From Blasia pusilla (lineage: Eukaryota): a stretch of 64,000 bases of DNA. Each line of letters opens with the position of its first letter. The first letter of the stretch is position 1. The position numbers were made by a program, and so were the translations under genes. The stretch is taken from positions 7,006,001 to 7,070,000 of the forward strand of contig CM114271.1 in NCBI GenBank assembly GCA_050084515.1, written 5' to 3'. Under the pieces are notes generated by a model. That model was not told the DNA's origin, ran no database searches, and saw only the letters and a list, made by a program, of their open reading frames with translations. Below, piece after piece: positions 11,323 through 23,990 of the stretch.

Positions 11323-11801
11323 TGTCACATCTGAGTAGCCGATAGGCCGAGATCTGTCGTGGATAGGGCGTAGGAGCCAACGGACTATCTTGAGTGTTAC
11401 TTTGTCCCACAGTGTCGGATGAGGTTGAGGATAGGTCCATTGTGTCAGGAACGTTGTTTCTAACGACTTTCATGTTGAGGTCTTTTACAACCGGGTGACT
11501 TGTTGACCAGGTCACCTGCCCCTGGTAACATGTGCGCGCAGGTTACCAAGGGAAGGGCTACTCTTAGGGGAAGAGCCTTTTGGCTCTTCCCAACCTATAT
11601 AAGAGAGGAAGATGGCTTTCCTAAGCCATCTTTCTCATGTTGGGCCGTTGGAGCACCTCCCTTGTATGTGTGTGAACTAGGACTAGGGTGCTAGCATCCG
11701 GATTCCTTGATAGCACAGGGTGGACGAGGCTCGATATGCCGATGTAGATTGAGGAGTGGAGTTTTAGGCCGGGTGTGCCGTTTTTACTACTCTTTATTTT
11801 T
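11323..11801 (+). repeat. Terminal repeat A2
   Basis: Copy of A1, joined to B1 by a 2-nt spacer forming the palindrome GACAGCTGTC. Confidence 0.95.
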
Positions 11802-11939
11802 GTTGTGTGATTTCCATGTTTATGTATGAGTTGATTTTTGTACATGTGTGGATTGACCCGTGTGTGGGGAAGATCGGTGTTGTGTGGTGTAGATGTGACA
11901 AGCGATGTATGTTTTGTAGCGATATGTATGCGCATGACA
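11802..11939 (+). repeat. Terminal repeat B2
   Basis: Copy of B1; ends CGCATGACA, followed by TSD GGAG. Confidence 0.93.
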
Positions 11940-13417
11940 GGAGCGAGTACCACACAGTATATCACCTGACAAGAGGTTATGGTGAGGATTTTCCCGGGAC
12001 ATCCTACACATGATCCGTGGTGTGAGCCAAGGCGATAGTAATTGATGCACGGTCCTACGACATCTTGGTTGGAGGAGTAGAGTTATACCCGATGGGGTTT
12101 TTCTTAGATTACTGGGAAGAGTGAGCATCCTATAGACCAGGATGGCAGTCATGTGATGGGCGCCTTAGCTCATTACCCATTTGATTCACAAGTGCAGTGA
12201 TCGAGCGACGGCCAAGAGAGATGGCGACCTTCGCAACATTTAGCAGTGCCATCACTTGGCCTAGTGATTTGATTGAGGGACATGTCCATGCAGAGGATAC
12301 TCCCATTCCTAAAATTTCTATGGACATGAGTGCATTGGTAGTCGCATCAGTCCGTGGAGGAGAGGTTCCTCTTTGGAGCTTGAATGAGGAGCTTCGACGC
12401 TTAGCCATTGACCATGTGCAGACCGCGTGGAGCGAGACATTTCCACCAGAGTGTGATGGGTCAGAGGAACCCCACGTAGGCAGGAGTGTTGCTATGACCC
12501 CTTTGGATGCTACTCGGATTGTGTGGTACGTCCCAGAGGAGGGTATTTGGGTGTTGGATCTCTTTGGAGGGATTAGCACTCGGTTAGCTGTTGTTTTGCA
12601 CGCTGGAGTGCGCGTGCAGCAATACTTGTATGTGGAGATTGATGATGTTGTGAGGCGCGCTTCACTTTACCATGTGGTGCAGTTACGCCTGCGTTTTCCC
12701 AACTTGTTGTCTACGTCCGCCATTCAGGGTTCCCTACAGAGGGATATTTCATTGTTGGGATGCAGGACATGGAGCGCGTAGGGACCATAAACTTGGTCAT
12801 TGCTGGTTGGCCATATGAGGGCCAGTCGAGTGTTGGACGGGGTAATTGATTAGCTACCTCTCGTTCCATGTTATTTTGGGAGATGATGCGGATCTTGCGA
12901 CACTTCCAAGAGCATCAGTCTCGTCTTGCAACATACATCCTAGAGAATGTACCAATTTTGGGCGATTCGAGGTCCTGTGTGGTGATGATTGCATATCAGA
13001 TGCGCGTATGGATCGGCCTGAAAATTTTGTTGGATGCGGCGAGTATGGGTTCACAAGCACATTGCCCGCGTCTTTGATGGACTAACTTGGTACCACACGA
13101 GGTATTGCGAAGGTCATAGACGAGAGTGGAGCGCCCCTCCAATTTGTTGGTGGATTCTATATTGGATCCAGGCCGTCGATCATAGGCAGTGAGGCACGAT
13201 GATCGTCCATCGTTGAGTATGGTCAACAAGATTGGCATGCCACGTGTAGCCTTTCCCACATGGGTGAGTTTTCCCGATTCCTATGCATTCAAGGAGGTCG
13301 GAGCCGGCTTGCTTTGGGATGAACTGGTACAAAGGTTGGTGGAGCCCAACGCCGATGAGCAAGAGGGAGCAATGGGATTCCCCACATGAGTGACGGAAGT
13401 ACCATCACTATCAGAGG
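11940..13417 (+). pseudogene. Older DNMT-Gypsy copy, right part (protease C-terminus and decayed DNMT)
   Basis: GASTTQYIT continues the protease; VLDLFGGIST, GWPYEGQS (catalytic C>Y), YILENV, EQEGAMGF. Confidence 0.85.
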
Positions 13418-15030
13418 TGTCGCGAACCCCATAACCAAACAACACCAAATAGGCGCTAAGCAAAACATCAGAACTCAGGTGGACTCACGCTGCGATGATC
13501 GCGCTTTGGAGAGGCTTTTGGAAAGGTCTCTTGGAAAAGTCCAAGAGACAAAACGCGGAATAGAGTCATGCGTTTCATGCATATGTGGTCGCAACCAGGA
13601 AACCTAGACCAAACGCGAGCCAAGACTTGAGATGAGTTGAGTCTTGGAAGGCTGATTTCCAAAGAGGTGAGAACAAGTTTTGGAACCCGACTAGCGTTTG
13701 GGGAATTTGACTGTGTTTTGGATCATAACATTTAGGGACGTTAGCATTTGGGACAAGTAAGGGCTCATTGGAAAGCTTATCTTGAAACTCTTCCAACACA
13801 TAAATGATCTTAGCAAACGCATGAGTACAGATTAAGGTATTCGCCGAAAAAAACTGTGAGAGCAATTGGGTTGAGGGCCAATTGGAGAGGCGCGGGTGTC
13901 TTTCCCTAAATGTAGGGAACCCCGGAGATCCCCATAAGTACTAGTATGGGAGGAGTCTCTCCCAGATGTCTTGGAACACAAATCCCCGTTTTGAGCACCA
14001 AACGGTGTCTCAGAGGCATGGGATGGAACGTGAGTTTGGCGTTGGAACTCAAAACCCAAACCTCATCCAAGGGAGTGGACTTTGTACGCCACGCTTGGAT
14101 TTCGACCCGAGATTCACTTTTTGCGAGTCTTGGTTAGGGACTCATTGGATGTCCATCGAATAGTTGGAACCGCCAAGCGCGAAACGCCGTTTGAGGTTCT
14201 TGAACTGACCAAAAAGTCGGTCCCAAGTCTTTCGAGACTTGCCCGTGTTGTAAATCGCGAAACTAGGAAGGTTGAGCTTGATGAGAGACCGAGACGAGAA
14301 CTTGGAAAGCTAGCTTGCTGATTGATCCAAGACCCAACTAACCAGAGTGCGTGTTTGGATGCAAATCAGCGTTGAGAGCGTGACCTACTGAACGCACGCT
14401 TCCGCAACAACAAGATTAACGTTCAAGGAGAGTAGGCGCACAACACGTGGTATCACAGCAAATTCTTGGTGAGTGAGAACTTGGGATCATAGAAGATCAA
14501 GACATTTGAGAAGAATGCAAGGTAGTTGGAAGACCACAACGCTCGAGGAGGAACGCAAGAGACGGGGAGGAGATCTAAGAAAGCGAGGACTCGCAAATGG
14601 CGACCAAGGGCGAAGAACCAAGGAAGCCGCGAGTCAAAGCAAAAAAGCCGAGAGAAAAATCAATGACAAACCGTGAACCACAGGTGGAGATTGCAACTTC
14701 CGAAGTGCCGAGTCCCAGACATGAGGATATTCCAAACGCAAATCTTTCTGTGGGGCCTTCGGCTCCAAACTCAAACGATCCGGCCTATTATATCCAAATG
14801 ATGGATTTGATGAAGGTGATGGCGGACCAGATGGCTGAGCACAGCAAGGTGATCATAGAACTCAAGTCGAATGGAGCCTCTAGTTCCGGCAAGAAGCTTT
14901 GTTAGACAAATTTTCCAACGCCATTCACAGGAATGGGGCGTTCTCGAAAAGTGAGCGAATTTCTAACGGAACTCGAACTTTATTTCAAAGCACGAAAGGC
15001 ACATGAGCAAGACAAGGTGACTGTAGCGAT
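13418..15030 (+). mobile_element. Truncated conventional LTR retrotransposon: 5' LTR (13418-14445), Met-tRNA PBS (14448-14459), gag start
   Basis: TGT...ACA, then TGGTATCACAGC (one mismatch to the iMet PBS). Gag-like FTG...VSEFLTELELYFKAR...DKV at ~14920-15025. Confidence 0.75.
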
Positions 15031-18000
15031 AAAGCTAACCGATTAAAATTCAGAATGTATGATTCAATTTTAAAATTGCCTACCGAAACAAGACTAGATT
15101 TATATAGTTATTCTTCATAGAACGTATTTTAAAAACGATATGCATGAGACCCTAATCAGCCAGCCAAACAACAACACTCGAGAGCAAGTGCACTCTCGAA
15201 CCATCCGAGCAAGGCGCATTGCCAAGTGAGAGCAAACATTTCCGAGCAAGACGTAACCTGCAATGCTGCACAGCCAAGTGAGAGCGGAGCCCGTGAGGCT
15301 TAGAGCGAGGTTGAACCATCCAAGTAGGCCGCACTACCGAAGACCAAAGACTTAACCTACAGTGTAGCACAGCCGAGTGAGAGCGGAGCCCGTGAGGCTT
15401 AGAGCGAGGTCGTGAGATCGAGGTTGTGAGGGGCAAGTGGGCGCAAGTGAGGAAGTGAGCATTGCAGAGCAGCCGAACGGGGTAGGGAGGAAGGGAGAGG
15501 GTAGAGAGGGGCGGATGCGTCCCGTTAGAATCGGGGTAGGGGGGAAGGGGGTGGGGGCAGCCGCGTCTCAGAGGCTGGCCGTTGAATTTAAGATCAAACG
15601 GTCTAGATCATCTGGACCGTTAGAATCGCGGTAGGGGGGAAGGGGGTGAGGGGCGGCCGCGTCTCAAACGCAGGTCGTCCGATTGATAATCTAACGGTCC
15701 ACGAAAAGTGGACCGTTAGATGTGGGCCTTACGATTAGCAGAGACGGCGTCGACCACGAGTAGGGTTGGTAGTCAATGTTAGGTTCGGGATAGGTTCAGT
15801 ATTTATATTATTTTTAAAAAATACCATTTTTTAATATGAGTTTTTTAAATAAGATTTTTTTTCCAATTTTCTCTCTCGGATTTCCTTTTTCCTTTTTTTC
15901 CTCTTTTTTCATATTTTTTCAAATTTTCTTAAACATCCCAACTAAAATAGCTTTATATTTTTTTCTTCTTCTTTGTTTTTAAGAAAAAATATTAGTTTCT
16001 CTTTCTCTTTCTCTTAAAATTTTCTTTTAAACTCTTCCTCTAAAATTGGTTTATGTCTAGCTTGCAACTTTTTCATTCTCTTTCTCTCTTTTTTTCGCAC
16101 TTTATGTTTTTTCCTTATCTCATCTAATTTTTTCCTCATTTTTCCCATTTAATTTTCATCATTTTCTTTCTCTACTATTTTACATTTTTTTCAATTTTTA
16201 ATAAGTAGTTTTGTGGTGTGTAATGTAGATGGCGAGTGGAGGTGGATTATTATTGAACATGAAGAGACGGCTGCTAGGAGTTATCACAAATATACCGATT
16301 CTACAACAAAATTCACGGAGACAAATCGAAGAATTGTAGAACACCTCTCCGATGTAAGCACCTTTCTTTGGAAGAACAATGGAAGCAACGTATTTCCATT
16401 TCCACGATATGCCTTACATCCCATGTTTTGTATGTGTATACTAAAATGATGCAATCTTGGAATTTTTGCACAGACTTCCTATTCCATCAAATCCGACACA
16501 TTTGCGTGACTTCTGAAAATTGATGCGTGTGAACGCACCAAAAAAAAGGCGTGCACGTCGCAAGGAACTATTAGTTCAAAAGGCACATGTTGAAGATGAA
16601 TTCCTTCCCGAAACATCTCCAACGTAAGTTCGCAAAATTGACAATCATTTAGCATGTCCACATTTCCACCCTTCATAATCTTCACTTTTAATTTAAGTCC
16701 GTGCATTGCTCTTAATATTTATGTATTGTTTCAGACTTCCCATTCCATTGAATCCTATATATGGATGTACGTGATTTTCGAAAGGTTCTACGCGGCGAAG
16801 CCCAAAAATGAAAACGTGCTATTCGTGTTGACAGAATGGAAGCCTTGAAAGAAAAAAAAGATGTTATTATCGAGAGTATAGAAAAAGAAGGAAAGCGCTT
16901 CATGGTCAAGTTGAGATTGCGATGGTAGTTCAAAGTATTCCAACTACTCCAAATGAAGAGCTTATGGCTATTGGTAGTCAACCCATGAGGTACATATCTA
17001 ACTTTTTACATCCTCGTTGAAAATCTTTGATTGTTCATTTTTTATTTGTATGTATTATCTAATATATTGATATTTTCTCAGGCCTTTTAATGAGGATGGA
17101 GGAGTGGTAGGAGAAAATCAAGAAGTTCATCTTCCATCCACAGATCTCATACATGCATCACCAAAACGGGAGTTACGTGATAGTGCACTCCATGAAGTTA
17201 TCGAGAATATATCTACGACAAGACCAACTACTTATGTGATACCAGAAGTTAAGTTACCTATCACTCTTCCGATTTTGTTTCAACATGAAGTTGTTGAGAT
17301 TTCTTCGACTCTTTCCCATTCCGAGGATGAAGCAAGGTCAAGAGTAGATCCTTTGTCTTCTACCATTAATGGAGTTGTGTTATCTCCTGAAAGTGCAACT
17401 ATACCAAATGCTTCTAGGATTACTCCGTTGTCTGTTGTTGATGGGGTTGTAAGATTAAATACATTATTGAATCTTGCAAGAAGATCAAATTTCCAAGAAA
17501 ATGATATTAGAAATTTGAGATTACATAGGAGTTTGAATCGTGTCAGCGGTTGTCATATATCGGGTTATATGATAGAGATATGCCCATCATGTCATGCTTT
17601 ACATTGGAAATGTGAAAGGATGAAAGGCTTAAAGATTAGTGACTCACCATATGGCATGTGTTGTGGCCATGAGAGAATACATTTACCCCTCTTGAAATCG
17701 TCTCCTCAATTCCTGAAATCCTTGATTTCAGGTGTTGGTCTTAGAAGTCTTCATTTTCGTACACATGCTAGAGCTTACAATTGTGCGTTTCAACTTGCAT
17801 CTATTGGAGTGCACGTAAAAGAACAAATAGGTGGCACTTGACACTTTAGGGTCCAAGGCGGGATTTATCATTCTATTGGATCCTTACATCCTGATATGGG
17901 GGGTCATCCCCAATTTGCTCAACTCTACATCCATGATACCGAAAATGAATTGGAGAATCTTGAAAGAGTTATGTCTAGATCTTCTGATCTTAATGTAGAT

Positions 18001-21000
18001 ATTTTGGGAGGGCTACAAGACATGTTATATGAATGCAACCCATATGTGAAGATCTTTCGTCATATGGCATATGAAGCAACTGGCCTTAATATGCGGATCA
18101 TCCTCAAGGCAAGTAAGAGAGGTCTGGATGCTAAGCGTTATAATTTACTAATTACTTCTGAGGTTGCGGCTATATTTTCGGGTGATGGTAGTGAACATGT
18201 TGACCATCGTGATATAACTATACGACTACATGGAGGAGGAGTGAAGCGTATGTCATACCTAAATGAAGCATATATTCCACTACATTTTGTTCTACTATTT
18301 ATCTATGGTGAAGCAGGTTGGCATCCTAGAATACCCTTTGGGAGGATTGAAGGTCATAGAGAATCCCAACGATTGGGCCGGATTATTCATGAGGGACACA
18401 TGGAACCTTTAGAAGATTGGATGGATGAGGACTAATTTTTTACTATGACATGCAATCCAAAGTGGGAGGAGATTACATCAACCTTATTACCTAGTCAATC
18501 GGTTGTGGATCCACCGGATTTGGTCGTACGGGTTTTTTAGAAGAAAAAGAAAGAGTTATTAAGGCTTATCATCAAGAAGCAGATATTGGGACGAGTTGCA
18601 AGATGCATCCATGTGGTGGAATTCCAAAAAACAAGTTTGCCGCATGTACACATCCTTATTATATTAGGACAGGAGGATAAAGCACGTACCACTCATGATT
18701 ATGATCGTATTATTTCAGGAGAAATCCCTGATCAAACTACCCATCCAAGGTTGTATTCTACTGTTGCTAATTGCATGGTTCATGTGCCATATGAAACATT
18801 AAATCCAAATGCACCATGTATGGACAAGGAAACCAAAAAGTGCACAAAAGGCTATCCTAAGGCTTTTGCGACCAATACTACAGAGACGGAAGATGGCTAT
18901 CTAATCTATCGTAGGTAAGGATCCTTTAATTTTGGCTTATCTTTATTATTATAAGATATATGATGCCGTTGTAGTATTAGAAAGCATATTCATGATTTTT
19001 ATTTTTTTTGTAGATTGGAGAATGGGAGGGCGATAATCAACATTCATTGGATAATCGTTGGGTTGTGCCCTACAATCCTATATTATGCACCCTCTTCGAT
19101 TGTCACATTAATCTTGAAATCACAAGTAGTGTTTCTGCCATCAAGTACTTATACAAATATGTCTATAAGGGGTCGGATGCGGTGTCATTTAAGTTGTCAA
19201 AGGACACAGATATATCCAATGCAATTGACGTTAGTGACGAGACAACATCATATCTTGATGCGAGGTATGATTTTCTACTTCATTGATGTGATACATTACA
19301 TTCTATTTCTTATCCATCATGTTGATTCTCCTAATTTGAATACTTGGAATTCTTATTTTTCCAGACATATCTTCTTCATAAGCATGTTGGCGTCTCTTCA
19401 AGTTTTCTCTACATAATGAACTTCCAAGTATTGTGAGATTAGCAATTCATCTTCCAGAGCAACAAATAGTCTACTTCAATGATATTGACGTTCCTCAAAA
19501 TATTTTGCAAATAAATAAAGAGACAACTCTGACCCAATGGTTTGCAACCAATCTATCTGACTCTACTCCTTGACAATATCTATATATATAGATTTCCCTT
19601 CATATTATCGTTGGAGTAACAAGAGATGGATTCATAGGGTGAAAAAATTTAATGATTGTGGCCATCCCATTAGCCGCTTATACCTTACTCATTTAGGTAA
19701 AAACTTTAAAATTCTTTATATACATTTACTTTTTTTTATATACCAGCCTGACCCATTTTCTTTTATATATAGATAGATGAGCTCATTTTTCTCACTTTGT
19801 CATAGGTGAAGGAGAACGACATTGGTTGAGATTACTCCTCCATCATGTTCGAGGAGCAACTACATACAAATGTTTGAGAATGGTTCATGGGATATTATGT
19901 CCAACATTCAAAGAGGCTGCTATCCAATTAAGACTTCTTGAGGATGATAAGAAGGTGTTTACTTGATTTGAAGAAGCTTCCATAATCTGTACGGGTTATT
20001 CACTACGCCGTCTCTTTGCAATTATTTAGCTTACAATACACTTACTCAACCTGCAATATTATGGAGTCAGTTCTTGGTTCCGTTAGTCGAAGATCTCTTA
20101 TATGAACGACGTCAAGTAAGAATCCAATACTATAACTCCTACAAAAAAAATGTATTCCTAATAGTAGTAACGTTTTCCATCTCACTTATATTGAGAGTCC
20201 AACATACTAACCATAATTTTGACCTTTTTTGGAACTCTTCCATTACAGAAAACATGAATTCCTGATCTTGTTGTTGATGATGTTATCATCAATACCACAT
20301 TATTGGAAGTCCATTATTATTTACAAGATCAGGGAAAGAGACTATCTGACTTCCCAGACATGCCCCAAGCTAATTTCGAAACCCTTCATTCACACTCATA
20401 TTTGGAGGAACAAGAGTTATCATATGACACTGAAGAATTATTTGAGCAAGTGCCATTGGGAGAAGCGTGTCTAAACCAAAGACAACGCATGATATGGGAT
20501 GCTATACATCATGAGCTTGATCAAATATGCGGGAATGCTCCACCATCTCCAAAAGTTTTTTCGTCAATGGTCCAAGTGGAACTGGAAAAACATTTTTATC
20601 TAATCTTCTTCTTGCAAGTGTAAGGAGCGTTAGAAGTATAGCTTTGGCTGTAGCATCATTTGGTATAGTTGCCCTATCGTTAGACGGAGGACGTACTGCT
20701 CATTCGCGCTTCAAGATCCCCATTAATCTTCATGAAAGCTCTACTTGCAAGTTAGTACCATAAGTTGTCTGAATTAGCTTCAATTTTGTTAATACTCCAA
20801 ATATTTTGTTAATTACTCAAATTATTTCAGCTTCTAATTTTCTTCCCTTTTTTCTGGTAGTTTATCGGTCGATACTGATGGAGCGTGCTTAATCCGTGAG
20901 GCGATGCTCATTATATGGGACGAGGCACCTATGGCTCATCGTCATGCCTTTGAGGCCGTGAATCGAACCTTACGGGATATCATGGGAGTTGTTTCGGATG

Positions 21001-22560
21001 ATTTACAGAAATTACGGTTCGGTGGAAAACTTATGGTATTTGGTGGTGATTTTCGTCAAGTGTTGTCTGTTTTTCGTCATGGGGATCGGCCGCAAATCAT
21101 CCAAGCCACCATAAGGAGATCATCTCTTTGGTCTAATGTAAGGGTCATGAAGTTGAAAACAAACATGAGAGTTCAAAGGTTGGATGGTCATTTGCGTGAT
21201 GAACAACAAGCTTTTGTTGATTGGTTATTGAAAGTGGGAGAGGGTCGTGTACTTTTACACCCTCACTTGGGAGAAGACTTTATACGATTACCATCTGAAA
21301 TTGTTACTAATAGTAACAAAATATGTGATCTTATTGATTTGATCTATGGCAATTTTCTTAGCTGATTCCATGACATTGATTTCTTTGACTCTAAGGAATA
21401 ATGATTTTGACAACATAAATACAGACGTTATGTCTTGGTTCCCCGGAGAGGTAATCCTTTAGACTTATCTCATTTGTATCTCTATCAATATGGTTTTTGG
21501 AAGTTTGGATACTCATATTTCTTTTTCTCACTAATTCATTACATATTGTGTACAAGAGCATATTTATCTCAACGTGGACTCTATTCCAAATGAGGGAATG
21601 AGTCATATCTACCCAACTGAATTCTTGAACACATGCTTGCCTTCAAGACTTCCTCCGCATCGTTTGTGTTTGAAGATTGGTGCACCAATCATGCTCTTAC
21701 GAAACACGAATGGGTCACGTGGACAAGCAAATGAGACAAGATTTGTGATTCGTAGATTTATAAGACATTGCATCGACGCTGAAATTATCACTGGGAAGAA
21801 TGTTGGAGATCGCATTTTTATTCCACGTATTCCATTGATTGCATCAGATTTCCAAGTATTCCATCGATTGCATCAGATTTCCACATATTCCATCGATTGC
21901 ATCAATTCTGGTTTGCCATTTGATTTACGTAGGTTTCAATTCCCTGTTAGGCCGGCTTTTGCTATGACTATTAATAAGTCATAAGGTCAAACTTTACAAA
22001 AGGTTGGCATTTACTTGCCTACTCCTGTATTTTCTCATGGTCAATCGTACGTAATATTATCTAGAGTAGGAAAGAGAAATTCCATCCACATTACCATTGG
22101 AAGAGATGAACATTCAAATAACACGAAATGTGATATATATAAAAATATTAAAATAAAATAAATTTAATAAAATATATCTTCACTCTCTGTTACCTTATTT
22201 CATCCGACACCGTTGGACATTTTCATATTTTAAAATGAATATATTCAATAACAGAATTAGAAATTTTTTTAAACGTACAATCTAAAAAATGAGAAAACGT
22301 GGGAAATCTAGAACGCTCGATCTAACTGGTTAGTGTTAGTGAGCGTAGACCAGTTTTCTAACGGGTAGTGGTGGGCATCAATCTTTGATGGATAAGTATG
22401 CTTTTTTTAATTAAGTACTGTCGGGGTGGTGGGGCCCGCGTCTGTGCTTGCCTTGAAGTAGGCCAATGAGGACTGAGGCTAACGCAGCAGCAATTTCCGT
22501 GAAGCGGACAGGCGAAACGGCGCGCATTTTCGCTTTATTTATATATATATATATATATAT
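15030..22560 (+). mobile_element. Decayed autonomous-type Helitron (boundaries uncertain)
   Basis: RepHel pseudogene. Upstream GC-rich direct repeats (15268-15311 / 15367-15410) and hairpins (e.g. ATCTAACGGTCCAC-GAAAA-GTGGACCGTTAGAT) and a T-rich tract. Confidence 0.6.
17104..22070 (+). pseudogene. Helitron Rep/PIF1 helicase (RepHel) with introns, stops and frameshifts
   Basis: CxxC...CC zinc motif, PQFAQLYIHD. Rep motifs FTMTCNPKW, VEFQKTSLPHVH, KYLYKYVYKG. Helicase GPSGTGKT, WDEAPM, GGDFRQ, PAFAMTINKS*GQTL, FSHGQ. AT-rich GT-AG introns, e.g. ~18915-19013, ~19265-19363, ~19697-19805. Confidence 0.93.
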
Positions 22561-23565
22561 TCCGGACGTTCACAAAGCATTCGTTGATTGGTCGCGAGTC
22601 GCGACGCGCGTTGTGATTGGTGCGCCACGAGAAGTAAACTCGCGAGGGAAAAGGACTCCCGAAAGGATGGATATGTGTTGCGGACTCTTTCGTTCGTTGT
22701 CGGTATCACGTGCTGCTCGCCGGCGTCCTAATCGGAGTCCCGACGTTCTGACCTCTTCACTCACCGCTTCCGACGACTATTCGACCGATTCAGGCAACGG
22801 CGTCTGATTGGTGGTATTGGACTTGACTTGTGGGCCTTGCTTAGAAGTAGAAGGGACATGATGACATGGCGATCGCGAGGTGGGTCCCGGCAGCGAGCAT
22901 GACGAAGAGGGTTAGATAGAGAAGTGAGCGTCGTAATGGCGATGGGTGAGCCAATTGAAGTGACTCATATATGTTTAGTTTAACATCTCCGCTAAACGAA
23001 ACATACATGTTGTTGGATTGGGTTTACTTTGGTTTTTGGGGGCCGTTGTCGACATTTATGTTCATAGTGTATCATGACATTCGTATGATTTTAACATGGA
23101 GTTGATAACCTCCTACTAATTCCGTTCTATTCTTTTTCGGATATTCTCCAATGATTATGTGTATATACACACTAGTTGTGGTTTGTATATTGGGCATTTT
23201 CTCTCTCGCCTCTCCCTCGTATATGGCTATGTATATATACATGGTATACAAACTAGTGCTCCTCTTTCCTCGTATTTTCTCCTCGTATACACTAGTGGTG
23301 CCCCTCCCTCATATAACGAACTGCAAATTTTTTTCTCTCCCATCCTATTTATCGAAGGGCCGCATATTGGTTTACCCCTTACTATGATTCCAAAATGAAA
23401 TTTGCTCCATTTCCTATCTGCATTTTCCCCACCACCTCATCTAATTTAGTTAGATGAAACTAAGTTATTAGAGGGTACGAGTGTCAAAACCGGAGACAAG
23501 TGCAAAGGACATGTGTAGAGTAGAGAGATGTTTGTTAGAGAAACCCCGGTTGCTAATATTATTAT

Positions 23566-23990
23566 ACTAGTGTGAAGCCCGTGCCATGCACGCAAATGAA
23601 TAATGATAATATCATGTTGCACACAAATGTTTTTTCATGTTGCCCATGGAATAGAAATCATTTTCTTGTCGCCCATACAATAAGAAACATTTTCTTAATG
23701 TCCGGTTGCCACATCACGCAAAGGGGTGTTTGCAAATCAAGAAGGCACTCTCCAATAATAATATATATTATAGATTATTATTGGAGAGTGCTCTTTCATT
23801 TTGCAAACTCCTCTCCTTTCAACACTTGACGTTTTCAACCAATGGGATCACTTCCCTTCTGAACCAACGGGATCGCTCCATTTCTAAACCATTATGATCG
23901 TTCGAAATTAATTTAAAGTGACACGTGAGAATTGTGAGAGTTAATTATGGGAGGTGATATAAATCCTGCATCGCGCCGGCTTACACTAGT
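23566..23990. mobile_element. ~425-bp non-autonomous element with imperfect TIRs, each resembling a Helitron 3' end
   Basis: Left ACTAGTGTGAAGCCCGTGCCATGCA; right TGCATCGCGCCGGCTTACACTAGT. AT-rich flanks. Confidence 0.6.

Larger units (their letters stand above)
2188..11939 (+). mobile_element. Full-length Ty3/Gypsy retrotransposon with C5-DNMT and PHD domains and split direct repeats A1-internal-B1-A2-B2
   Basis: Termini TGTCAC...ATGACA. 4-bp TSD GGAG (2184-2187 and 11940-11943). The flanks rejoin into one protease sequence. Domain order gag-PR-DNMT-RT-RH-IN-PHD with several stops and frameshifts. Confidence 0.93.

Noticed and set aside
11183-11939. Reading B-A-B as one ordinary 3' LTR with a truncated 5' LTR
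   Set aside because: TSD GGAG and rejoining flanks show A1 is the true left end, and A1 is followed by the primer site, not by B.
2188-11939. DIRS/Ngaro (tyrosine recombinase) classification suggested by split repeats and a methyltransferase
   Set aside because: The element has a protease, an HHCC-DDE integrase and a TSD, and its methyltransferase is C5-type (PCQ/ENV) rather than Dam-like. No recombinase motifs were seen.
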